Shown here: piece by piece, positions 51,231 to 59,490 of the stretch
Layout: each line of letters begins with the position of its first letter
Position numbering within the stretch: position 1 is the first letter of the stretch
Assembly: GCA_040218735.1 (NCBI GenBank)
Contig: JAVJQW010000057.1
Coordinates: 352,001 to 416,000 of the forward strand
Origin: Deltaproteobacteria bacterium
GTDB lineage: Bacteria > Myxococcota > Kuafuiibacteriia > Kuafuiibacteriales > Kuafuiibacteriaceae
DNA length: 64,000 nucleotides
Reading direction: 5' to 3'
Notes under the pieces: model-generated
What the model was told of the DNA's origin: nothing
Seen by the model: only the letters and a program-made list of their open reading frames with translations
Database searches by the model: none
Program-made: the position numbers and the translations under genes

Positions 51231-51675
51231 CGGCACCCTCCATGGCGCGCAGCAGCCCGGCCGCCGCTTCACTCACGTCTGCACCCGCCGCGGCGGCGAG
51301 ACGGAGATCTTGTTCGGCGGTGGCACGATCCTGGAGCGCGAGCGCCGACCGCGCACGGAGCATCCACAGCTCCGCACGAAACGCGGCCGACGATGGCGAA
51401 GCCTCCTCGCGCGCGAGCGCCTCGCCGTACGCGGCGACGGCGCCCTCGTGATCGGCGGCCGTCGCGCGCACCGTACCGAGCAGCAACGGGAGCATCGCGG
51501 AGCGCCGGTCGAACCACGTGAGGTCCGACAGCAGCTTCGACGCCTCGTCGAGCTTGCCGTACTTCGCCAAACCCATCGCCTTGTCGACGAGCTGGTCGAG
51601 GACCTCCGGCTGCGCGCCGACGACGTCGGCGAGGCTGACCGCCCCGGACGCGACGTCGCTGAGGATCGAATTCAT
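51217..51675 (-). CDS. SycD/LcrH-like TPR chaperone
   Basis: 152-aa acidic TPR protein. SGAVSLADVVGAQPEVLDQL..AMGLAKYGKLDEASKLLSDLTWFD...LLLG...AVAAYGEAL parallels the class II type III chaperone pattern. Confidence 0.6.
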   Translation of the reverse strand: MNSILSDVASGAVSLADVVGAQPEVLDQLVDKAMGLAKYGKLDEASKLLSDLTWFDRRSAMLPLLLGTVRATAADHEGAVAAYGEALAREEASPSSAAFRAELWMLRARSALALQDRATAEQDLRLAAAAGADVSEAAAGLLRAMEGADEDS

Positions 51676-51720
51676 ATCCTACAATGTAGCCTATTCGGGC
51701 CTACCCGCGAGTGACAAGGA

Positions 51721-52554
51721 TCACTTCGACCGAAATCGTCGAAGGCCGGAGGGGAGCGTTTCGACCCACTCCAGCCACGGCACCCCGGCGAGCCCATCCT
51801 CGACCTCGTAGCGGGAGAAGACGGAAATCGGCGCCCCCCGGCGGCGGACGTCGATGCACTCCAGGAACTCGGCCATCACCGCGCCGCGGAACGGCTCGTA
51901 CAGGTAGAGCACCGTGAGGTCGGCGTAGTCGAGCGCGCGGGCGTCCGCTTCGACGAACGTGACGTCGAGCCCCAATGCTTCGCGCGCGTGCTCGGCCGCA
52001 CGGACGTAGGCCGGATCGAGCTCCACGCCGCACACCTTCGCCTCGCTCAGCCACGCGGTCAGGAGCGCGACCTTCCCGGTGCCGGCGCCCACGTCGTAGA
52101 CGACGTCGTCCGGCGAAAGGTGCGGCACGAGGTCGAGCACGTCCGCCACGCGCGACGCGACGAAGTGCACCATCTCCGCCTCGCGCTCCATCGCCGCGCG
52201 CGGGGGGTGCGCGACGCCGAGGATCCGCTCCGCGTACGCGTCGTGTTCGTTCGCGGGGCGCTCCGCGAGCGCGCGCGAGAAGTCGGCGGGCGTGAACGTC
52301 CCCGCGCGGATCGCTTCGGTGATCGGGCCGAAGTCCCGCTCGTCGCGCGCGACGATCTCCGCGAGCAGCGCCTCGGCCTCCGACACGATCGCCGCGTCGT
52401 CCATGGTGCCGAGGATCCCGCGCACCGTCGTCGCCACCCACTCACGATCGGAGATCCGATCGCGCTGTGCCGCGACACGCGCCTCGCGCAACCGCTCCGC
52501 ACAGTCTTCGCGCGGCGTCGAGGAGCGCAGCCCGGCGAGCGCATCGCGCCGCAT
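51721..52554 (-). CDS. Class I SAM-dependent methyltransferase
   Basis: VVYDVGAGTGK motif I, GVELD, FVEADA and LYLYEPF. Start at ATG 52554 preferred. Confidence 0.85.
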   Translation of the reverse strand: MRRDALAGLRSSTPREDCAERLREARVAAQRDRISDREWVATTVRGILGTMDDAAIVSEAEALLAEIVARDERDFGPITEAIRAGTFTPADFSRALAERPANEHDAYAERILGVAHPPRAAMEREAEMVHFVASRVADVLDLVPHLSPDDVVYDVGAGTGKVALLTAWLSEAKVCGVELDPAYVRAAEHAREALGLDVTFVEADARALDYADLTVLYLYEPFRGAVMAEFLECIDVRRRGAPISVFSRYEVEDGLAGVPWLEWVETLPSGLRRFRSK

Positions 52555-52718
52555 CAAGCTCTCGCCCTGCGCGCGCCCCGCGCGGAGCCCACGCAACAGG
52601 TTCGGCCGATCACTCACGACGTCCACCGTAGCAGAAGAGGGTTGAGCGTACCTGAAGCCTTCCGAAGGAACGCCCGATCGTGCGCACCGACACGCGACAC
52701 CGCGCCGATGACGTCGAC

Positions 52719-53837
52719 ATGGGCCCCACGTTCGTCGCGCTGACGCTCGCCCTCGCGAGCGCGCCCACGACCGAGACGTCCTCCACGGTCCTGCTCTCCA
52801 ACCTGATCGCCGAAGACCTGGTCCCCACCATCGATCTGTTCGACTCCGACACCGTGAAGCTCCGGGTCGGCGGGCTGCTCCAGGTCCACTCCGCGCTGTA
52901 CGTCGGTGAGGACTCGCTCGTCGACGACGGCGACATCGCGACCCGCGCCGGCTTCCGCCTGCGCCGCGGACGCATTGGCTTCGCCGGGCGCTTCATGGAC
53001 CGACTCGGCATCTACCTCGCGATCAACCTCCTCGAAGGCGACGAGGACGTCGGCGTCGTGAGCGACGCGAAGATGACGTACCAGATCGACGAAGCCCTCC
53101 AGGTCACCGCCGGCCTCGGCAAGGTCACCTTCTCCCGCGCCGCGCTCGACTCCTCGTCCGCGCTCTACACGATCGAGCGCCCCTTCGCGGTCCGTGCGCT
53201 CGTCCCGTCGCGACGGCTCGGGCTCTCGGCAGAGGGCCAGCTCTTCGGCGGCGCTCTCAAGTATGGAGCGAGCGTGCTCAACGCGTCGGAGGGGTTCGTC
53301 GAGGGCAACCGCTTCGGCGGCTTCCTCTACGGCGGGCGCGTCGAAGCCGCACCGCTCGGGCCGGCGCGTCGCGACGTCGTCGATCACGATCCCCGCGTCT
53401 CGATCGGCGGCGCGTTCTTCTACGAGGACGGCGCCTCCGCGAACACGATCGGCGGCACCGCGGACCTACTGTTCACGTACTTCGGCGCGGCGCTGCAGGT
53501 CGAAGCGCTGTGCAACCGCCTCACCCCCGACGACGCGCCCGTCACCTCGCCCGGCCTCGCGGACCGCATCGATCGCTGCGGCGTCTACGCCGAGGCGTCC
53601 TGGCTCCTCACCGAGCTGGTCGGCCTCCCGATCACCCCCGCCGCGCGCGTGGAGTGGTTCGACGACGACCGCGCGATCGACGACGCCGGCGATCTGCTCG
53701 TCATCGTCGGCGGCGTCAACGCGATCGTGTTCCCGCCCTACGTTCGGGCACAGCTCTCGTATCAGCACCGGCGCGAACGCTCCGGCGTCACCCGCGACAA
53801 CGACAGCCTCGTGCTCAACCTCCAAGGGAAGTTCTGA
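52719..53837 (+). CDS. OprO/OprP-like porin
   Basis: Signal peptide, LRVGGLLQ, GFRLRRGRIGF, VTAGLGKVTFS, TIER and C-terminal LNLQGKF. Confidence 0.75.
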   Translation: MGPTFVALTLALASAPTTETSSTVLLSNLIAEDLVPTIDLFDSDTVKLRVGGLLQVHSALYVGEDSLVDDGDIATRAGFRLRRGRIGFAGRFMDRLGIYLAINLLEGDEDVGVVSDAKMTYQIDEALQVTAGLGKVTFSRAALDSSSALYTIERPFAVRALVPSRRLGLSAEGQLFGGALKYGASVLNASEGFVEGNRFGGFLYGGRVEAAPLGPARRDVVDHDPRVSIGGAFFYEDGASANTIGGTADLLFTYFGAALQVEALCNRLTPDDAPVTSPGLADRIDRCGVYAEASWLLTELVGLPITPAARVEWFDDDRAIDDAGDLLVIVGGVNAIVFPPYVRAQLSYQHRRERSGVTRDNDSLVLNLQGKF

Positions 53838-56800
53838 TGCGCCGCGCCGCGCTCGTGCTGCTCGCCCTCGCGGCGTGTAAGGCGGAGACACCGCGGTTCG
53901 CGCGCGCCACGAAGATCGAATCCCTCGACCGCGCGATCGGCGGACCAGCCGCCGCCGCGAAGACCGGCGACTACCTCCTCGAGAACGACCGCATCCGCGC
54001 GGTGATCGAACAGGGCATCGACTCCCGCGTCCCGCTGGGCTTCGGCGGGTCGATCGTCGACCTCGACCTACAACGCAGCGAGCGCGAGCTGTCCGCCGGG
54101 CAGGGCCTCGACCAGCTCGAGCAGATCGCCCCCACCGCGAACCTCTACGTCACCGGCGCCGCGTCCGGGCCCGACGTCCGCATCACCACCTCCGCCGACG
54201 GCGCCGAGGTCACCGCCGCCGCGGAGGCCGCCCCGATCCAGAAGGTGCTCGCCGCGTTCAACATCCTCCTCGACCGTTCCTTCGTCGGCGCGCGCGCGGA
54301 CTACGACGAGTTCCGCATCTACACCGAGTACGAGATGCGCCCCGGCGAGTCGGTGCTGCGCATCGTCACCACGGTCGGGTTCGACGTTCCGTTCTGCCGT
54401 GCGACCCCTGCCGACGGGTGCGGCGAATGTGACGACCTCCTCTACGACGACGACTGCGACTGCGCGTCCGACCGCTGCGGCACCGCCGAGGTGCTGCGCG
54501 CCGACGACCTCCCCGACCGCCCCGAGCCGTCCGGCATCTCCGACGTGATGCTCGGCGACCTGCCCCGCCCGCTCGGCACCGGTCGCTGCGCAAGCGACGA
54601 TGACTGCGCCGACGACGAGATCTGCACCGACGTCACCACCTCCCTCGGCGGCGACTTCGCGGTGTGCCGCGCGCCCGACCAACGCAACGCCGGCGTTTTG
54701 CTCGGCGACATGCTCCTGTTCGGGGGCCACCTCTCGCCGTTCCTCCCGCGCGTCGGCTACGACGCGGCGTCCGACGTGCGGCGCCTCTTCGACGTCGGCA
54801 AGGACACCCTCTCCCAACCGCTGCGCACCGACTACGTCCTCGCGATCGGCGACCGCGTCTCGTACGGCTTCGCGCCGCCGTCCGGGCGCATCATGATCCC
54901 GATCTTCGGCGGCCCGTTCTCGATGGGCGCGACCGCCGCCGCGTCGTGCCGTCGTGACGATCGCGGGTGCCTCGCCGGCAAGCTCCTCCGCATGGAGCGC
55001 CTCGTCTCCGTCGGCGCCGGCGACGCGTCCACCGCGATGGCCCCCTTGCTCGCCGCACGCGGCGTGACCACCGGCTTCGTCCGCGGCGTCGTCTCCGAGC
55101 GCCCGTCCGGCGACGCGGTGACGGGCGCAGAGGTCTACGCGCTGCGCGACCCGCTGGACCTCCCCTGCGACGAAGCCTGCCAACGCCGCTGCCCCGCCGC
55201 GCGCCCCATCGCGGACCTCGACGCACTGTTGCACGCGAACCGCTGCCGCACGGTGACCGACGACTTCATCAACGGCGTCGCGGAGGTCGGCGGCATGGCG
55301 CGCACCGACGTCGGGACGGATCCGATCCACGACGGGCGGTTCGACCTCGAAGTCGAAGCGGGCCGGTGGGCGATCGTCGCCGTCAGCCCGGACGACACCC
55401 TCTCCCCCCTCGCTTTCGTCGAGGTCCGCGAGGGCGCGACGACCAACGTCGCGCTCACGACGCCCGAACCGGGGCGCCTGAAGGTCGACGTGATCGGCGA
55501 CGCCGCGCGACCGATCGCCGCGCGCATCACCGTTGGCCAGTGCCTCCCGCAGAACGCTTGCGTCGACGACGGAGACTGCAGCGACGGCCTCCTCTGCCGC
55601 GGCGGCGCGTGCGCGTGCGAGCGCAACGTCGTGCGCCCTCTCGAGCTGGGCGGCGGGCAGCCGGCGGACGGCGTCGTGCACATGGCCCACACCCGCGACG
55701 GACGCACCGAGACCACGCTCCCCGCGGGGCGCTACGAGATCATCGTGTCGCGCGGACCGCACCACGACGTCACCCGCGGCACGGTCGTCGTGGAACCCGG
55801 TCGCCTCACGGCGTTCTCGGCGCGCGTGCACCAACAGGTCGACGACACCGGCTACGTCGCCGCCGACTTCCACGTGCACGCCGACCCGAGCGCGGACAGC
55901 CGCGCCGAGCGCGCGGACCGCGTCACGAGCTTCGTCGCGGAGGACATGGACTTCATGTCGTCGTCCGACCACGACGTCTTCACCGACTACGCGCCGCTGC
56001 TCGTCGAGATGGGTGAAGCGGATCGCCTGCGCAGCCAGGTCGGCGTCGAGGTGAGCACACAGGAGCTCGGCCACTTCATCGGCTTTCCGCTCGACTACCG
56101 CGTGTGGTCCGACGGCGAGCGCGTCCCGGGCAACGGCGCGCCGAACTGGCGGGACAAACTCCCGCAGGAGATCTTCGACGACCTCCGCGAGCGCGCCGCC
56201 CCCGGGCACGAGGTTATCGTGAACGTGCCCCACCCGTTCTCGTACTTCGGCTCGTACCGCCTCGACCCGTTCACGATCGAACCCACCGGCTCGATCATCA
56301 CGCTGTTCAACGAGCTCGTCCTCGAGGAGAACTTCTCCGGCGACTTCGACGCGATGGAGATCCTCAACGCCAAGGCGTTCGACACCCTCCGCCGCCCCAC
56401 CGTCGGTGAGATCCGCTTCTACAGCCGCGGCTTCGACGCGCTCCTGAAGGAGCGCACGCGCGGCGCGATCGACGAAGCCGAGTTCTTCCGGCGCCTCTAC
56501 AACCTCTCCGCCGAGACCACGCGCCGCACGCTCCACCGCACCGCCACGGAGCAGGACGCGTTCATCGCGGGCGTCGGTTTGGAGATCGACTGCCGCTGCG
56601 GCGCGGACGGCGACTGCGCGAGCGGCCTCGTCTGCGACGACGTCACGATGACCTGCGTCGCGCCGACCGAGACCTCGACCGTCGGCACCCCGCCGCCCGA
56701 CGAAGCGCTCTGCAAGAGCACCACGGGCGTCGTCGACTTCTGGTTCAACATGCTCAACCGCGGCGTGCGCCGCACCGGCGTCGGTGGCTCCGACGTCCAC

Positions 56801-57472
56801 GCGGCGATCGGCGGCTTCCACGAGGCCGGCTCGCCCCGCACGATGATCTGGACCGGCGAGAACACCGTCCCCGCGGTGTCGTCCAAACAGATCGTCGAGG
56901 GTGTTCAAGGCGGCAACGTCATCGTCACCAACGGGCCGATGATCCACTTCACCATCGACGGGCAACCGCCCGGCGCGATCGTGCGCGGGCAAGGCCCGGT
57001 CGACCTGCACCTCACCGTCGAACGCGCGACCTGGTACGACGTCGACCGCATCGAGCTCTACAGGAACGGCGCGCTCCTGCGCGCCTTCGACGGCTGCGCG
57101 AGCCGACGCCGCACCGAGGACGATTGTTTCGAAGCCGACGGCGTCGTCGCGCTCGACACGACGTTCACCGACACCCCCGAACGCGACGCTTGGTACGCCA
57201 TCATCGCGCTCGGTCTCGACGGCCGCGCGCTCTCGCCCGTCTACGCATCGGCGGCGCTCCCGCGCTTTGGCACGCTGGAGCTCACCCAGCGGATCTACGA
57301 CATCATCCCCGCGCTGCGCGGGCTGCGGTTCCCGAAGAACCCGTCGCTGTTCCCCGCGTTCCCGTTCGCGATCACCAACCCGATCTGGGTCGACGTGGAC
57401 GGCGGGGGCTTCGACCCGCCGTTACCGCCGCCGAGCTGGTGCCGCCCCTCGACCGACTTCGGCTGCGACTGA
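53837..57472 (+). CDS. CehA/McbA-type PHP-domain metallohydrolase lipoprotein with Cys-rich inserts
   Basis: ATG overlaps the porin stop (TGATG). Lipobox LAAC, GDYLLENDRIR, DFHVHA, SDHD, GVEVST..GHF, GGSDVH, VTNGP and FAITNPIWVD. Confidence 0.85.
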   Translation: MRRAALVLLALAACKAETPRFARATKIESLDRAIGGPAAAAKTGDYLLENDRIRAVIEQGIDSRVPLGFGGSIVDLDLQRSERELSAGQGLDQLEQIAPTANLYVTGAASGPDVRITTSADGAEVTAAAEAAPIQKVLAAFNILLDRSFVGARADYDEFRIYTEYEMRPGESVLRIVTTVGFDVPFCRATPADGCGECDDLLYDDDCDCASDRCGTAEVLRADDLPDRPEPSGISDVMLGDLPRPLGTGRCASDDDCADDEICTDVTTSLGGDFAVCRAPDQRNAGVLLGDMLLFGGHLSPFLPRVGYDAASDVRRLFDVGKDTLSQPLRTDYVLAIGDRVSYGFAPPSGRIMIPIFGGPFSMGATAAASCRRDDRGCLAGKLLRMERLVSVGAGDASTAMAPLLAARGVTTGFVRGVVSERPSGDAVTGAEVYALRDPLDLPCDEACQRRCPAARPIADLDALLHANRCRTVTDDFINGVAEVGGMARTDVGTDPIHDGRFDLEVEAGRWAIVAVSPDDTLSPLAFVEVREGATTNVALTTPEPGRLKVDVIGDAARPIAARITVGQCLPQNACVDDGDCSDGLLCRGGACACERNVVRPLELGGGQPADGVVHMAHTRDGRTETTLPAGRYEIIVSRGPHHDVTRGTVVVEPGRLTAFSARVHQQVDDTGYVAADFHVHADPSADSRAERADRVTSFVAEDMDFMSSSDHDVFTDYAPLLVEMGEADRLRSQVGVEVSTQELGHFIGFPLDYRVWSDGERVPGNGAPNWRDKLPQEIFDDLRERAAPGHEVIVNVPHPFSYFGSYRLDPFTIEPTGSIITLFNELVLEENFSGDFDAMEILNAKAFDTLRRPTVGEIRFYSRGFDALLKERTRGAIDEAEFFRRLYNLSAETTRRTLHRTATEQDAFIAGVGLEIDCRCGADGDCASGLVCDDVTMTCVAPTETSTVGTPPPDEALCKSTTGVVDFWFNMLNRGVRRTGVGGSDVHAAIGGFHEAGSPRTMIWTGENTVPAVSSKQIVEGVQGGNVIVTNGPMIHFTIDGQPPGAIVRGQGPVDLHLTVERATWYDVDRIELYRNGALLRAFDGCASRRRTEDDCFEADGVVALDTTFTDTPERDAWYAIIALGLDGRALSPVYASAALPRFGTLELTQRIYDIIPALRGLRFPKNPSLFPAFPFAITNPIWVDVDGGGFDPPLPPPSWCRPSTDFGCD

Positions 57473-57544
57473 TCCTCGTTCGATCCTGATTCACCGATTC
57501 GCGCTCGCGCCACGGAGTGCCGACTTGAATGAGGGAGGTCCCCG

Positions 57545-58150
57545 CTGCTCATCGATCTGCCCACACGCTTCGCGACGACCGACCGGGAGAAGCTCGAGCG
57601 ACTCGCCGTCGACCGCGCCGCTCGCCTCCGCATCTGTCGCGATTGCGACGTGACGTGCGCGTGTGATGCGCGATCGCAAACCTGCGCGTGTGGGTGCAGC
57701 GCGGCCTGCCCGGAGGCTCCGCGGAGGCTGTCGTCGGATCCGGAGCGTTACCCGGTCGAGCCGCGCATCGTCGCGCTGGTCTACGCGGTGGCGGCGACGG
57801 ACGGGTTGCAGCCCTGCTGGTCGTGCGAAGGCCACCCCAGTTCGAACGGCTCGCTGCTGCGCGGCCCGCAGGTGTGGTTCTACGCGGCCGACGTGCTCCT
57901 CCCCGCGCTCGTCGCACAACGGGTCGCGGAGCTCGCACCCAAGTTGGCGACGCGGTGGCACGTCGTCCTGAGCCCGTTCTCACCGGAGCCCACGGCGCCG
58001 ACCTACGTCCTCGAAGCGCAGGTCGACGCGACCTCGCGCCTCGAAGACGTACAGCGGGACGCGGCCGTCATCGCGGACGGGTTCTCCGACGCGCTGCGGC
58101 AGCTCGCGAGCCGTCGCCTCGCCTCGGCCCGCGCTCAGCGCCGCTGGTAG
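57545..58150 (+). CDS. Cys-rich protein with a TYW3-like SCxGH motif; probable CTG start
   Basis: GGAGG lies 6 nt before an in-frame CTG, with an in-frame stop at 57530. Contains CxxC..CxC..CxCxCxxxC and EPRIVALVYAV...CWSCEGH...PQVWF. Alternative start is GTG 57650. Confidence 0.65.
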   Translation: MLIDLPTRFATTDREKLERLAVDRAARLRICRDCDVTCACDARSQTCACGCSAACPEAPRRLSSDPERYPVEPRIVALVYAVAATDGLQPCWSCEGHPSSNGSLLRGPQVWFYAADVLLPALVAQRVAELAPKLATRWHVVLSPFSPEPTAPTYVLEAQVDATSRLEDVQRDAAVIADGFSDALRQLASRRLASARAQRRW

Positions 58151-58166
58151 CGCGTCTGCCCTCGCC

Positions 58167-58265
58167 GTGTGGTCAGGATCGCACCTCGGGTGTGGCGCTC
58201 CGCACACGTCCCGTGGGCACCTGATGCCTCCCGAAGAGTGTGTGACCTCGGGCACGAACCCTGCG
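58167..58265 (+). promoter_or_regulatory. Candidate sigma-54 promoter with two upstream palindromes
   Basis: GGGCACG-AACC-CTGC at 58250-58264 keeps the GG/GC spacing. GTGTG-N8-CGCAC (58167-58184) and GTGTG-N8-CACAC (58190-58207) lie upstream. Confidence 0.45.
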
Positions 58266-58278
58266 TACAGCGGAGCCT

Positions 58279-59490
58279 ATGACCGTCAGCCCCGTCTCCT
58301 CGGAGGGTCCGTCGCAGCGCATCGACGTTGGCGCCGAGGCGCCGCCGCCCCCCTCCGGCCCCGAGGCGCCCGTCGCCGAGGTGCAAGCGCCCGAGGAGGT
58401 CACCTCACGCCAGCCTCGACCCTTCGCGGAGGTTCAGGCCCACCGCGCGACCGCCGCGGGTGAGCGCGCGCTCGCCGAGGACGCGCTCCGCGGGCGCCTC
58501 GACGCCGCGCTGGAGGAGGACCTGGTTCACGCGGACGTCGACTGGCCCAACGCCCCGCCGCCGCAGGTGCGCGAGCTCCAGACCGAGCTCGACACGCGCG
58601 GCTTCGACCCCGGTCCGATCGACGGCGTGTGGGGCCCGCGAACCTCGGGAGCGCTCGACCGCGCGCGCGCCGCCGATGGCCCAGCCGAAGTCCCCGTCGA
58701 CACACCGCCGCGTCCGGTCGTCGACGGCCTCGCGGGCCTCCCGCCGCGCGCGCCGGACGCACCGACGGGCTCCGAGTTCCTGGAGCTCACGGCGAACATG
58801 GATCCCGAGGCGCGCGAAGAGGCGATCACCAACGAGATCCTCAACGGCAACATCCCCGACTTCCTGCGCAACAACCGCGACGTTTCGATCGTCGGGGAGA
58901 GCGCCGACGGCGAGCCGACGACGATCGATCTGTCGGTCACGCCGGACTACCTCGCCATCGGCACCGACGACGACTACGTCCGCATCCCGATGACACCGGA
59001 CACCGCGCAGGCGATCGCCGACGCGACCGGCACGTCGCTGCCCACCACCCGCATCGTCGATGAGATCTACGCGGCCGCCGACGGGCAGCTCACGCCCGAC
59101 CCCCTCCCGCCGGGGCCCGGCATGACGACCAACGGCTACTACGGTCAGCACCAGGCGGACGTCGAAGGGCAGCGCATCGCGGCCGGCTTCGAAAACGGCG
59201 ACCTGCTCGCCGGGCACAAGAAGGACGTCGTGATCACGAACCGCCTGGAGAGGCAGCCGGACCGCGTCGCGATCTACGGTTGGCACCAGCCGAGCGGCCG
59301 CCCGATCCAATCGCTGAGCCTCGTGCACGGCGACTACTACGCCGACTACAGCCACGGCGTCCGACTCGTCGACGCCGAGGTGCGCGTGAACGGCGAGGTC
59401 CGAAACCTCAGCGACGTCCTCGCCGACCCGAACCTAGCGCACCTGTTGAGCTCCGAGGGACCGCTTCGCGTGATGCGGCACCCCGACTGA
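58279..59490 (+). CDS. Peptidoglycan-binding domain protein with an uncharacterised C-terminal domain
   Basis: PG_binding_1-like VRELQTELDTRGFDPGPIDGVWGPRTSGAL. The C-domain has DYLAIG, GHKKDVV, VAIYGWH and YADYSHGVRLV. Confidence 0.8.
   Translation: MTVSPVSSEGPSQRIDVGAEAPPPPSGPEAPVAEVQAPEEVTSRQPRPFAEVQAHRATAAGERALAEDALRGRLDAALEEDLVHADVDWPNAPPPQVRELQTELDTRGFDPGPIDGVWGPRTSGALDRARAADGPAEVPVDTPPRPVVDGLAGLPPRAPDAPTGSEFLELTANMDPEAREEAITNEILNGNIPDFLRNNRDVSIVGESADGEPTTIDLSVTPDYLAIGTDDDYVRIPMTPDTAQAIADATGTSLPTTRIVDEIYAAADGQLTPDPLPPGPGMTTNGYYGQHQADVEGQRIAAGFENGDLLAGHKKDVVITNRLERQPDRVAIYGWHQPSGRPIQSLSLVHGDYYADYSHGVRLVDAEVRVNGEVRNLSDVLADPNLAHLLSSEGPLRVMRHPD

Noticed and set aside
51676-51720. Sigma-28-like promoter (CCGAATA) upstream of the chaperone
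   Set aside because: Only a partial -10 match, with no convincing -35.
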